This document shows, piece after piece, positions 30,827 to 47,279 of a DNA stretch of 64,000 bases. The DNA lies in assembly GCA_964016885.1 (NCBI GenBank), contig OZ024755.1, positions 6,820,001 to 6,884,000 of the forward strand. The letters run 5' to 3'. Positions within the stretch are counted from its first letter, which is position 1. Every line of letters starts with the position of its first letter. A program made the translations under genes and the position numbers. The notes under the pieces were generated by a model. That model worked only from the letters and a program-made list of their open reading frames with translations. It ran no database searches and was not told the DNA's origin. The DNA comes from Eledone cirrhosa. Lineage: Eukaryota.

Positions 30827-30914
30827 TAGAGTTGATTTCGTTAAAAGTATTCAAGAGCAAAATGGGTGACGGATTAAGTCTACCATCTGCATTTAGTACC
30901 ATGAGTATTACGAG

Positions 30915-31564
30915 TACCTCCACCACCACCACCTCCACCACTATCACCACCACCAATACTACTACAACCATCACAACCACTACCACCACGACCACCACCA
31001 CCACCACCACCACCACCACAACAACAACAACAACAACAACCACGTCCTTCACTACTACTACCATAACCACCACCACCAACATTACCACCACCACCACCAA
31101 CACCACCAAACCACCACCACCACAATCACCACACCCACCACCACCACAACAACAACCACAACCACACCCACCACCACAACCACAACCACCACAACAACCA
31201 CAACAATAACAACCCCAACCACAACCACCACAACCACCACAACAACAGCAACCATCACCACCACCACCACCACCACCACAACCACCACCACAACCACAAC
31301 CACCGCAACAACCACAACAAAAACCACAACCATAACCACCACAACAACAGCAACCATCGCCACCACCACCACCACCACCACCACAACCACAACCACAACC
31401 ACCACAACAACCACAACAACAAAAACCACAACCATAACCACCACAACAACAGCAACCATCACCACCACCACCACCACCACCACAACCACAACTACCACCA
31501 CAACCACAATCATCACCAACACCAACACCACCACCACCACCACAAATAACAACAACAACAACAA
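30915..31564. repeat. (CAC/CAA)n compound microsatellite; similar tracts at 33100-33362 and 33470-34190
   Basis: Directly visible. Confidence 0.9.
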
Positions 31565-32466
31565 GACGAAAGTGTTAAGTAAAAATTATTTCCAGTTGTT
31601 TCTCTTACAAATTCTGTTCTGTTCATCAATGCAAAGCAAGAAGTAAAAGAAAAAAAGAAAAAAAAATCCGCCATAACAGTTTGGCTTCCGAACTGGCAAC
31701 GTTTGTGAAGTATTTCATTAGTAAATTACTGGCCAACATGCTTCCGGTCGTCAATGACGCAGCCGGAAATGAACAATTTGACATCAGCGCTACTGCGGCA
31801 GATGTTTCCAACGTACTGAGACAGTAAACTTTATAATCGTTAAGGTAGTTAGAGTGACCATAGTGCCGCTGGTGATTGTTAAGACAAGAACAGTACTACA
31901 CAGGGTTAGACTAGATAGAGATAGAGAGAGGTTGATAGAGAAAGAGAGAGAGGGGAGAGATTGATAGAGATAGAGTGAGGTTGATAGAGAAAGAGAGAGA
32001 GGGGAGAGATTGATAGAGATAGAGAGAGGTGGATAGAGAAAGAGAGAGAGGGGAGAGATTGATAGAGATAGAGAGAGGTGGATAGAGAAAGAGAGAGAGG
32101 GGAGAGATTGATAGAGATAGAGAGAGGTTGATAGAGAAAGAGAGAGAGGGGAGAGATTGATAGAGATAGAGAGAGGTTGATAGAGAAAGAGAGAGAGAGG
32201 GGAGAGATTAATAGAGATAGAGAGAGGTGGATCGAGAAAGAGAGAGAGGGGGAGATTGATAGAGATAGAGAGAGGTGGATAGAGAAAGAGAGAGAGGGGA
32301 GAGATTGATAGAGATAGAGAGAGGTGGATAGAGAAAGAGAGAGAGGGGAGAGATTGATAGAGATAGAGAGAGGAAGGTAGTTAGATAGATAGATAGATAG
32401 ATAAATATATTATCTTCATTTAATTGATTTACAGAATTATTGTTTAGATTCATCAGGAATATTTAC

Positions 32467-32557
<91 letters not shown>

Positions 32558-32642
32558 TATATGTATATATATATGTGTGTGTGTGTGTGAGTATGCTGCG
32601 CTAGGGCGATAAATAAAATTCTAACTTTATTTTATATATATG

Positions 32643-32816
<174 letters not shown>

Positions 32817-33940
32817 TAAATATATATATATACATATATATATAAATATATATATATATATACATATATAAATGAAAGGTATAGAAAATATATATACATA
32901 TATATATATGTATGTATATAAACACATGTGTGTATGCATCTATGTGTGTCGTTGTGTTGTGCATCCTCACCCCCTCCACCACACACACACACACACACTT
33001 CTCGTATTTATACACACATTAGTGTGTGAACATGTGTAGACATGAACTTGTAATTTAGGAAATATTTCTTATGAAGATCACAACGGCGGCGACGTCTGAG
33101 TTGGTGGTGGTGGTGGTGGTGGTGGTGTTTTGGTGGTGGTGGTGGTGGTGGTGGTGGTGGTGTTGGTGGTGATGGTGGTGGTGGTGGTGGTGGTGGTGGT
33201 GGTGGTGGTGGTGGTGGTGGTGGTGGTGCTTTGGTGGTGATGATGGTGGTGGTGTTTTGGTGGTGGTGGTGGTGGTGGTGGTGGTGGTGGTGGTGGTGGT
33301 GGTGGTGGTGCTGATGATGTTGATGATGATGTTAAGGATGATGGTGATGATGATGATGATGGTTAAAACGCTACTATTTCATACTTAAATGTCATTTGTT
33401 GTCTGCTGACATCTGTAAGTGTGAACAAGAAGAAAGTTGATAACACCCCCCCCCCCATTACCAACAACAAGCACCTTCACCATCACCACCAACACAAACA
33501 TCAACACCATCACCACCAATACCACCATCAACACCACCACCACCACCAACCACACCATCACCACCACCAACAACAATAATACCATCACCAAAACCACCAT
33601 CAACACCATCACCACCAATACCACCATCAACACCACCATCACCACCAACAACAACACCATCACCACCACCAACAACAACAATACCATCACCAAAACCACC
33701 ATCAACACCATCACCACCAACAACAACAATAACAACAACAACACAAACACCACCAACACCATCACCACCAAAACCACCATCAACACCATCACCACCAATA
33801 CCACCATCAACACCACCATCACCACCAACAACAACACCATCACCACCACCAACAACAACAATACCATCACCAAAACCACCATCAACACCATCACCACCAA
33901 CAACAACAATAACAACAACAACACAAACACCACAACAACC

Positions 33941-33991
<51 letters not shown>

Positions 33992-34532
33992 ACCACAACA
34001 AACACCACTACCACCAACAACAACAACAATAACAGCTCTAACACCGCCAAAACCTCCACCTCGAAAACCACTACCCCAAAACCACCACCTACACTAATCA
34101 AGAAACCCACACCTAGCCCCACCAACACGAAGACAACCACCACCACCACCACCACCACCAGTAACAACAGCAGCAGTAGTAGTAGTAACAAGCACCATCA
34201 AGAAAGCAGTCAACCATGATAACAATTCGTTTTTACATGCAATATCTGTCCCAGTATATAAAACTGTGAAAACTGATGTTGTCTACGTGTGCTGGAACGA
34301 GGCTAAAGATGATATTAGGAAATTACCATATAGTATGTTGAGTGTTGATCTAAGCAAAGAGGATTAAGTCTCTATCATCAAGAATTGATTCAATTAAATG
34401 GACGCAGCTGAAATTTTCTATAAACCTTTAACGCTAACATCAAGAGGACTACAGGATAAAGGAACTTTCTGGACCTTAAAATTCTTTTAATTTTTATCTT
34501 CCATTACACACACACACACAAATTTATACATG

Positions 34533-34589
<57 letters not shown>

Positions 34590-34668
34590 ATATATATATA
34601 TGCATTTATATATATATAAATTTATATTCATATCTATATATATATATATATTTATTGTATAGAAGGAG

Positions 34669-34715
34669 CTTCTACAGGGCTAGTACTGTTTCATTCAGAT
34701 GAAATCTTCAGGAAA
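34669..34715 (-). ncRNA. Type I hammerhead ribozyme, family C, sense to Poxn pre-mRNA
   Basis: Minus strand tttc-CTGAAGA-t-ttc-atct-gaa-t-GAAA-cag-tactagcc-ctg-TA-gaag: 4-bp stem I, 3-bp stem II with U.U closing, 4-bp stem III, GUA site between 34673 and 34672. Confidence 0.72.
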
Positions 34716-34881
34716 TATAGAAGGAGCTTCTACAGGACTAGTACTGTTTCATTCAGATTTCATCTGAATGAAACAGTACTAGTCCTGTAGAAGCTCCTTC
34801 TATACAATAAATATATTTTACTCTGCCATGTATTGAGTACCTTACTTACTGTGGTTATCCCCGACTCAACCCGGGACCTAC

Positions 34882-34981
<100 letters not shown>

Positions 34982-35012
34982 TGTATGTAGACAACACACA
35001 TACATATATGTT

Positions 35013-35064
<52 letters not shown>

Positions 35065-35083
35065 CATATATAAATTTATATAC

Positions 35084-35134
<51 letters not shown>

Positions 35135-35238
35135 GGAAGATGAAAATTAAAAGAATTTTAAGGTCCAGAAAGTTCCTTTATCCTGCAGTCCTCTTGATGT
35201 TAGCGTTAAAGGTTTATAGAAAATTTCAGCTGCGTCCA

Positions 35239-35359
<121 letters not shown>

Positions 35360-35415
35360 CAAACATATATGTCTGTGTGTTGTCTACATGTATATATAAA
35401 TGAATAAATAAATAA

Positions 35416-35454
<39 letters not shown>

Positions 35455-35498
35455 TTTATATATATATAAATTCATATTCAAATGTTTATATATATATA

Positions 35499-35564
<66 letters not shown>

Positions 35565-35768
35565 AAGCAGGTGAATTTTCCTATAATACCATACCGTTTG
35601 TATCAGGAACATGTATGATAAAGAATTTGGGGGGAATTAAAAATCATTTGATTTTTTTCTTCTTCCTTCATTATACTTTTCTTTTTTTCTTTACTAACGG
35701 TTTATTATGAGTTATATGTTCACGTGAATATATATGGCTATAATATGGTCATATATATATATATACAT

Positions 35769-35902
<134 letters not shown>

Positions 35903-35950
35903 AAAGTTATATTTAAAATTGTTGGGTTACAACTAGTAAATTTATAACTG

Positions 35951-36016
35951 TATTTTTTCTGAGGAAGGCATAGCATATTGTTAATATGATATCCCCGAAA
36001 TATATATAATGAAATA
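35951..36016 (+). ncRNA. Type I hammerhead ribozyme, family A
   Basis: CTGAGGA 35959-35965; stem II includes gg/cc and catatt/aatatg; GAAA 35997-36000; ATATATAT stem III; imperfect stem I. Confidence 0.6.
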
Positions 36017-36052
36017 AATATGGTTTTATAAATATAGTTCCATTTATTTAAT

Positions 36053-36289
<237 letters not shown>

Positions 36290-36295
36290 TATATT

Positions 36296-36353
<58 letters not shown>

Positions 36354-36354
36354 A

Positions 36355-36534
<180 letters not shown>

Positions 36535-36552
36535 TATATATATATGTATATA

Positions 36553-36639
<87 letters not shown>

Positions 36640-37353
36640 ACACATCCATGCCAGGACTATCATCATAGACGACACATACGAACAGGTGCAAAATATGGTT
36701 AAATTATATAGACATTGACTCACATTGTAGACATGGACATATTTATGTTTTAACAGATTGCTATCTGCCGTGTTAGACCTCGTCTAAATCTCTCGGACAC
36801 AACATGTATTTAGATCTTATACAGAGATCTTGAGGTGAACAGCAGATGCTTCGTTTTCTATGCGTTTAAGTGGACTTAAAGAATCAGAAAGATAGATAGA
36901 GCGTGATGGGACACATAGCGAAAATGAAAAGAAAAAATATGTATAAAAATTAGAGAAGAAGAAAGAAGAAGAAGAAGAAGAAGAAGAAGAAGAAGAAGAA
37001 GAAGAAGAAGAAGAAGAAGAAGAAGAAGAAGAAGAAGAAGAAGAAGAAGAAGAAGAAGAAGAAGAAGAAGACATATACCCATCACCACCATCACTACCAT
37101 TACCGCCACTATTCTTGTTCTCCTCCCCATCACGAAGACATTATCTTCATTATCAACATCAATGAATCAAGATGGAACATCCATGTGGTCATTAGATTCG
37201 CTAGAAATAGCTACCTAATCCCCCTCAAATCACATCTTTAAAACATGGACACATTAGACACAAAGTGTCGCGGCTGGGGTCTCTGTTATAGATCTGAAAA
37301 ACTGCTAGTTGGCATATCTATAGAAATTGTAGCAGGGTCAATTCTTAATTTAA

Positions 37354-37557
37354 CCCTTTATATATATGATTGTATTTTTGTGTTAAAGGTTTTATCTTAC
37401 ATAATTATCTCCCATAATGGCGATTCTACGAGACTCTTATGTTATATATTTTGAGAACCATACCTTAACGTCAATATGAGCGGCCAGTTACGGCCGGTTT
37501 GAATAGAAAGAGATGAGAGAGTTCTGGCCAGATACGGCTGGTTTAAATGCTAAAGGG
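37354..37557. mobile_element. piggyBac-type MITE, second copy
   Basis: ttaa-CCCTTT ... AAATGCTAAAGGG-ttaa; the interior matches the reverse complement of 3081-3287. Confidence 0.6.
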
Positions 37558-37842
37558 TTAACCTAAATAAAGTAAGTGAACAATTCACACAGAAACATTT
37601 GTCTGTCTTCATATGAGTTCATAACATTTTGTTTTATACACGTCATCTTCTTTATCCCGTTACTTCCGGTGGATTTGTAGGAGCACCGCAGGAAGATACA
37701 CTGTTTCTTGGGTATTTTTAAACATAGCGGAGAGCATCTCCTCTCCAGGTCTGAAAACAGTCAATTTCTTCCAGGGAAAGAGAGAGTCTGTGTGTATGTG
37801 TGATAGAGAGGAAATGAGAAAGAAATATAGAAGAAGAATCAA

Positions 37843-37996
37843 CCCCAGTTCCAGACTGGTACCTTATTTTTCGATCTCGAAAGGATGAAAGACAAAATTG
37901 ACCTCAGCGGGAGTTGAACTCTAAACGTAGAGAGCTGGAACGAATGCCGCAAAGTATTCTATCCGACGTCCAATCGGCTCTGCCAATTTGCCGCCT
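37843..37996 (-). mobile_element. SINE family 1, older copy
   Basis: aggatgaaagacaaaattgacctcagcgggagttgaactc ... tgccaatttgccgcc. Confidence 0.7.
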
Positions 37997-38110
37997 TTGT
38001 TCTATACACTAGCTCAGCCATATAAACATTTCATATATCAGGTTTCTCACAGAACTTTCCCTTCTACGTTTGTCATTAATAATATAGAAATATATCAATG
38101 TTTCACTTAC

Positions 38111-38684
38111 CGGAAGTGATGTGACTGGATTTCCGTTTTGTGGGCATCGGCGAATCGTCTTCAGCGTTGTTAATGTCAACATCTTTGTCACTGCCCGTCG
38201 AATCCCGTGGTGATGGACTGCTAGAGCATTCAACATCCATACCTCCATTTGTCGAGCCACTGCTGCAAACCTGTACCAATTTCGGGTAGGAAAGTCCTGG
38301 TATGGGCAGGAAGTTGTTCGTATAAGCCGGATGTGGAAACAGAGCTGCTGTTGCAAGTCCAGCTGCGGGTGGTATCCCGGGGCCAGATGGATTTGAACCT
38401 GAACGGACAGGCACGTTAGAAGCTGCAGCTGCAGCCATAAAACACTTAGGGGACTGAAGGTTAAGAGATTGTTGACTGAGACTGGTAGAAGGGGAATCAC
38501 AATCTCCCCCTACAAAAGCATTAGCATTTCGGAGGATGCGATTGATAGAACTGACACTGGGTATTGATTGTTCATCACAGATTCGTTGAGCCAAAAGCCG
38601 ATCACGTATTTCCCAAGCAAATATCGAAGGATTTTCTTGTTTAAAGTTCAAAATCTTACGAACAACTAGAGGTGTTGCCACTTG
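38111..38684 (-). CDS. Poxn: Pox-neuro coding exon 3, rest of paired domain plus Pro/Ala/Ser-rich region
   Basis: cattaaag|CAA GTG GCA ACA ... TCC G|gtaagt, 574 nt: [53 protein letters not shown]...[10 protein letters not shown]... The K|QVAT junction matches Poxn. Confidence 0.95.
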
Positions 38685-38883
38685 CTTTAATGATAAAATT
38701 CAAAAAGGAGAAAGAGAAGAAAAGAAAAGATAAGATAAAGCTATAGAAAAAATACAGAATAACTAAGATAATAGAATATTGATCAAACTATATTAAGCCT
38801 GATGTAATTTGAACTACGTTCAGCTATTTTAATCATCGATTATTTTCAAATGCAATACACACACACACACACATACACACACA

Positions 38884-39048
<165 letters not shown>

Positions 39049-39051
39049 ATA

Positions 39052-39114
<63 letters not shown>

Positions 39115-39872
39115 CATAGCTGTATTGTGTGCAAGTATGTATGTATGTTTGTATGTATATATGTATTTATGTATGTATGTATGTATGTATGTGTGTGTGT
39201 ATGTATGTATGTATATATATATATGTATGTATGTTTGTACGTATATATGTATTTATATATATATATGCATGTCTGTAATGTAGGTAGGTAAGTAGGTATG
39301 TATGTACATATGTATGTATGCATGTTTGTGATGTATGTATGTATGTATATATGTCAATGTGTGTAGGGGTTTAATGTTAGTACAAACATATCCACATATA
39401 GACCTATACACCATATTTAATGGAGTCGTTCTAATATAGCTTACGTCTTTCTTCATATACAACATGTAAGGCAAGGCTGCCATATTTAGTTGTAACGTAT
39501 TTTTTCTGTCTCAAATACATTTTCTTAAATATATTTACTAAATAACAACCATTAAAATTACATTATAAAATGATATATTATATTTATGAACAAACAAATA
39601 TATTTACTGCCATTAAAATTACATTATAACTTTACATCATGTCATAATATTTATATACAAATACAATATATTGTTTCCTTCATCTGTTGGCTGCTCAGGT
39701 GCGTTGCCTTCTGCTTTTTCCGTGGTACAGTTTATCGTTTGAGTTCTCTCATTCTAGTGGACCTTACACGTTTTTATTTATATATTTCTTTTTCATTCTT
39801 TATTAAAATTTCTGACAATCAGGTATGCAGAATCACACATATACATAGAATATCTATATATCCTACAATGGG

Positions 39873-39921
<49 letters not shown>

Positions 39922-40056
39922 AAAAGGATCATGACCCCGACGGCTGAGCTCCGGCTGTTTCGACAGCAAGCTCCGAACTACTAACCTACTACCCTAAATA
40001 TCGAATACTCTAGTGCGTTATGTTCCACCACCTCGTATCTTTCCACACTTTCTTTG

Positions 40057-40114
<58 letters not shown>

Positions 40115-40227
40115 CAATATTATAAAATTAAATCAAATTGTTTAGAACTACAAGTGAAGTCATTCTTTTCCTTTTTTCCAAATATACCTAACTGTACCAA
40201 GGATCTCACACATTTTCATATATACTG

Positions 40228-40315
<88 letters not shown>

Positions 40316-40324
40316 TGTGTCTGT

Positions 40325-40387
<63 letters not shown>

Positions 40388-40995
40388 CATCTTGATTTTT
40401 AATTGCCTTTAGAGTTACTCAGATTCCTGTCAAAGCCTGAGATCATGTGACGTGATTTAAGACACACCAATGAAATGATTACTATGACATTTAATAAGAA
40501 AGAGTGGACGTGTCTAGCTTAGTGGTCAGTCAGCTCAGCTCACGATTGTAAAGTTCTGTGTTCGATTCCTGGCGGCGCGTTATGTCCGTGAGAATGACAC
40601 CTTATTTCATGTTGGTCCAGTCCACTCAGCTGGAAAACGTGAGCAGTACCTGTAATTTAACGGGGTTCCAGCCTCAGCCTTGTCACACCATATGTCACGC
40701 TGAATCTCCCTGAGAACTACGTGTCTGTGGAATGAACAGTCACTTGCTTTTTAATTTCGTGAGCATGCTGTTACGTTGATTGAACAACTGGAATGGAAGA
40801 AGGAGGACAGTTCCAGTAGGAGAGAGGGAAGAGAGATATGGGAATTGAAATGAAAAAGAACAGAAGGAAGAATGAAAGAAAGAATGAAAAGAAAAGAAGA
40901 AAGAAAAAAGAAAGAGAGACAGAGAGAAAGAAAGAAAAGATTTCATTACAAAGAATGTCGGAAAATATACTCACAAAACTGATATTTACCCTCAC

Positions 40996-41216
40996 CTTCG
41001 GCTTGCTGCCACCAATAGAACCAGGTTTGATAGAACCGGTCTCGTAAAATCTCGTCAGTATCTTACTAACACAACCGTGTGAGACGAGAAGTTGTCGCGA
41101 GATGTCACATGGACGTACTCCCATCTGTGCTAACTCCACAATCCGCCGTCTAATGTGATCTGGTAATGGTCTCCCGTTCACAAAGACTCCACCTAACTGG
41201 TTAACACCCGTCTGAC
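40996..41216 (-). CDS. Poxn: Pox-neuro coding exon 2, N-terminal part of paired domain
   Basis: ctctccacag|GT CAG ACG ... CCG AAG|gtgagg, 221 nt: [97 protein letters not shown] is Poxn/PaxA-C type. Confidence 0.96.
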
Positions 41217-41254
41217 CTGTGGAGAGGAAATACAGAAATAAAAGGAAAGGTTTG

Positions 41255-41293
<39 letters not shown>

Positions 41294-41294
<1 letters not shown>

Positions 41295-41558
41295 GTTGTA
41301 GGCGCTCTGGGAATGATACCTAAGGGGTCTAATGATTACTTATCGCAAATCCCAGGAAACCCGCGTATAGGAGAAATACAAAAGATAGTACTAATAGGAA
41401 CTGCCCATATACTAAGGAAGATTCTGTCTAAACACTAAAGATGCATGTGTGAGTATGTATGTTCTTTCTTGAACATGGCAGACCTTGTTGTCTCTTGAGG
41501 TCACTGGTTGTGACTTGGTGATAACTCGTATGAACATAAAGCAAGATAAATGCAACTG
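41294..41558 (+). mobile_element. 3' end of R4/Dong-clade non-LTR retrotransposon in (TAA)n
   Basis: 41295-41438 encodes [11 protein letters not shown]...IQKIVLIGTAHILRKIL, the typical R4/Dong C-terminus. Flanked on both sides by (AAT)n, the known Dong target. Confidence 0.8.
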
Positions 41559-41592
41559 TAATAATAATAATAATAATAACAGTAATAATAAT

Positions 41593-41912
41593 AATTGTTT
41601 CTACTTTTTAGCACAAGGCCAGCAAATACCCAGTGTATTACTGGTACTTTATTTTATCGACCCCATAAGGATGAAAGGCAAAGTTAACCTCGGCGGGATT
41701 TGAACTCAGAATGTAAAATAATAATAGTAATAATTGTTTTTTATATAGGCACAAGGCCAGCAATTTTAGAAGGAGAGGAAAATCGATTAAATCGACCCCA
41801 GTACATTACTGGCGCTTTGTTTTATCGACCCCTTAAGGATGAAAGGCAAAGTTAATTTCGGCGGCAGTTGAACTCATAACGTAAAGGGCCATAACTCTAT
41901 GCTGCAAAGCAA
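41593..41912 (-). mobile_element. Two tandem SINE family 1 copies
   Basis: Copies start at ~41593 and ~41731. Confidence 0.8.
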
Positions 41913-42337
41913 TAATTCACTAGGTACTATCTCGAAGAGTTTTCAAGGATGGTTAACGTCTAGTCCCCTATTTTTTGAAACACTTCGCAAAAGGCATGCT
42001 TGATGGGTACAGCAAAAACCCTCCGATACGTCCTGAATATCTGAGGCTGCAGGTAGCGGCTTGATGTTCATTTGAATACACTTTCCAGTTAAATAAATTA
42101 AATAAAATAAAAATGTCAAATATCGAAGGCCAATGGGAGGCAGATTATGGAAAAGAAAACGAAAAAGAAAAGTAAAACAGGAAATAAGAGAAGCTGTAAA
42201 AGAGTTAGAAGTTTCTGTTGTTGAATATTTTCGTAGCTTCCATGTACTCAAAGATTTTGTTTATATTTGTTAAGCCTTTAACCATATATTGAACTTTCAA
42301 TCTTGGTAGTCTTTTAAAGATTGGCTTCAATATGTCC

Positions 42338-42415
<78 letters not shown>

Positions 42416-42934
42416 ACTGATAATTTCTACGTTGGAACAAATAGTGCTGATCCGACATCATAACGACTCTATCAAGTCACTTAATATCAACATGTTACGA
42501 TCGGTAATAACTAGGGCAAGTATTGTGATTTATATATAGAAAAATAAGAAAAACAAAAGCTTGGACAAAAAAATTTTGATAAAATCATCTATTGAATGGT
42601 TTAGAGTAGTTCTCCCCCCCCCCATTCTCTCACTCTCTCTCTCTCTATCTATCTCTATCTCTATCTCTCTCCCTCCCTCTCTCTATCTCTCTCTCTCTCT
42701 TTCTCCCTCCCTCCAATCTCCAATCAAACATGTTCAGAAACGACGACTTAAAAATATAAATTAATGATCAGGTTTTCTGATTAAAAAAAAGTACTTTCCA
42801 AGGGAGATCACTCTCATGTTACTTTGAATTAAAAAAATAATACGTTAAGGCAATTACATTTTATTGTAATTGCTTTAACAGCAGCACAGCCACACCTACC
42901 GTAAACTGCTACTGTAGGGGTTGTATTGCTTCTG

Positions 42935-43774
<840 letters not shown>

Positions 43775-43789
43775 CGATGATAACGACCA

Positions 43790-45170
43790 CGGTGCTGGTG
43801 GTATCAGCTCTCTTTCTGCTGACGAACTACTTCGCCATGCCGAAGCTCTTCTATACACTCCACAGCGCACCATGCTACACCCAGACATCTCTCCTCGCTG
43901 ACCTCGATACTTGTATCCGAGCAGCAGCCGAGGGGATATGCAACGTCAAGTTTGACGACATAGGGTGGCAACAGGCCACTTTAGCGGTCAGGTATGGCGG
44001 CCTTGGCCTCCGGTCCCCGATCTCACTAGCTTTGCCGACGTATCTTTCCTCGGTAACCTCGTGCCGCGTCCTCGTCAGCAGGGTTCTTCAAAACACAACA
44101 GAACCCTCTGTGTTCAGAGAACGTGAGGCCGCCTGTCAGACGTGGGACCGGATGGGACTTAGCCCAGTAGACGTCCTTCTTTCTTCTCCCCCTGTTGACG
44201 TCAAGTCCCCCCAACGCACTTGGGATGCCATCCAGTGCAGCTTGGCCTCAGACAGGCTCACGGGCCAGCTCGACCAGCACCGCCTTGCTTGTTTTCGTGC
44301 GGCCTCCAAACCCCACAGTGGTGCCTGGATCCATGTTCTGCCCTGCTTCTCCACTGGCATGCAGCTAGACAATCATAGCCTGCGAATCGGCGTTTCCCTG
44401 AGGCTCGGCCTCCTGATCTGCCAGCCACACCAATGTCGCTGCGGTTCCACCGTGGAGTGTTTCGGCCTCCACCCGCTTTCCTGCCGCCACAGTGCCGGCC
44501 GCATTCCACACCATACTGCCCTCAACGAGGTCATTAAGCATGGCTTGGACGCTGCAGGCTTCCCTTTCCAGCTCGAGCCGGTGGGGCTGGATCGAGGAGA
44601 CGGCAAAAGGCCAGATGGCATGACCATCTTCCCGTTCCGCGGTGGCAAACCCCTCGTCTGGGATGCCACTTGCACCGACACTTTCTACAGCCGCAACCTG
44701 GTGCAGTCTCAGACTGACCCAGGTCTGCTGCACGTCGGGCTGAGGGGGCCAAACTCCTCAAATACCAGTCGCTCTCCGACAGGTTTGCGGTCGTTCCCCT
44801 GGCACTGGAAACTTCTGGTGTCCTCGACACCAGGCCTACCTCGATACACACCACCATAGGCGCTGAGCTGGCCAGCCGTAGGTGTGAGCCCCGCGAGTTG
44901 GAGTGGCTTTTCCAGCGCGTCTCCCTTGCCGTCCTCCGGGGAAACGCCTTCTCCATTCTGTCTGCCGGGGCTGTGGGTGGGCCCCATCGCGTACCATTAC
45001 ATTAGTTAAATACCATTCTTTCATCTCATACTTATTATATTATTGGGTTGTATCATTGTATCATTGTTTTACTTTCTTTCCATAGCCTGTGTACACACCT
45101 CTAGCCCTCCTCTCTCCATATCATGTCTCTACATTGACCTTTATGTGGCGTCCCTAGGTCTTGCCCTGTG
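43790..45170 (+). mobile_element. 5'-truncated CRE-clade non-LTR retrotransposon (RT thumb, CCHC knuckle, restriction-like endonuclease), one frameshift
   Basis: ALFLLTNYFAMPKLFYTLHSAP, WQQATLAVRYGGLGLRS, SGAWIHVLP, CRCG..HPLSC, RPDG..WDATC. After a 1-nt loss at ~44722-44724 the frame continues AARRAEGAKLLKY..PLALETSG..FQRVSLAVLRGNA to TAG 45003-45005. Ends approximate. Confidence 0.88.
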
Positions 45171-45278
45171 GTAGTTTTTGTTGTGGTTTAGCCACAGGTC
45201 AGCCCTAATCTAGCACACCTATCTTCAAAGACAATAGTTTTGATCAATAAAAACCTCCGTGAAACCATGTTTTCTTCT

Positions 45279-45387
<109 letters not shown>

Positions 45388-45582
45388 TATATATATATAT
45401 ATATATATATGATGATTTCTAAAGAATGAAACAGTTCTAGTCCTGTAGAATCGCATCTATATTAAAACTATATATATATATATATATAAACGGACGCGAG
45501 AAAAAGCACTCAATACCGAAGTAGAGTGCGCAGGTAAAGCGCGAGAATAACAAGGCTCGTAGTTTAACGATAATAAAGGATT

Positions 45583-45838
<256 letters not shown>

Positions 45839-45901
45839 GTATATATCAGTCCAGAATTAGCCGTCGAAACGGGTGAGCTCAGCCGTCGGGTCCTACTCGT
45901 T

Positions 45902-45957
<56 letters not shown>

Positions 45958-46119
45958 GAGAGAGAGAGAGAGAGAGAGTGAGAGAGAGGGGGGGGAGAGA
46001 AAGAGAGGGGGAATCCCACACACACTCGCTAGAACACTGGACCGAAATTGACATTTAGAATTTATTGAAGACATTATTCAGCTGTCATCTTTACAAAGAC
46101 CTTCTTTGTCATATCTCCT

Positions 46120-46226
<107 letters not shown>

Positions 46227-46433
46227 CAATTATAGACAAACGCGACAAAAAAAAACATAACACCCCGCACACTACACAATCGTACAACAAAATAGAGAAG
46301 CACACACATACAAGGACACATACGCACTCACTCACACACACACCCACACACACACACACACACCCACACACACCTCCTTCAAAGTAACAACAGCCAGCGG
46401 TGTGTATAAATGTTTAATTACAGAAGCTGTACA

Positions 46434-46481
<48 letters not shown>

Positions 46482-46504
46482 GTGTGTATATATATATATA
46501 TATG

Positions 46505-46594
<90 letters not shown>

Positions 46595-46610
46595 CATATA
46601 CATATATATA

Positions 46611-46642
<32 letters not shown>

Positions 46643-46668
46643 ATACTACATATATACATGCATATATA

Positions 46669-46869
<201 letters not shown>

Positions 46870-47006
46870 CGCAATCAAAACTTGGCCATCAGCTTCACTG
46901 GCAGCAGAACTCTCAATAAATTCAGAATTGTTGATCCATGGCGCTTAAGGAAGTAAAACATTATTTATTTCTTGCTTTGCTTTGCCTTCTATACATCTAT
47001 GTAGCT

Positions 47007-47080
<74 letters not shown>

Positions 47081-47167
47081 TTATGTATATATACACACAC
47101 GCACATATACAAACATATCCACTTTCAGCCACATAATCACCTGCAAACACACTTACATACATGTACC

Positions 47168-47207
<40 letters not shown>

Positions 47208-47229
47208 TATATATGTATATATGTATGTG

Positions 47230-47260
<31 letters not shown>

Positions 47261-47279
47261 TTGTCTGTGTGTCTGTGTG

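Noticed and set aside
31626-31895. Minus-strand open frame as an extra Poxn exon
   Set aside because: The apparent acceptor gives phase 0, incompatible with the phase-1 donor of exon 3.
40996-41216. Assignment to Pax2/5/8, Pax6 or Pax1/9
   Set aside because: The MPHTG start, [17 protein letters not shown] residues and KQVATP junction fit Poxn.
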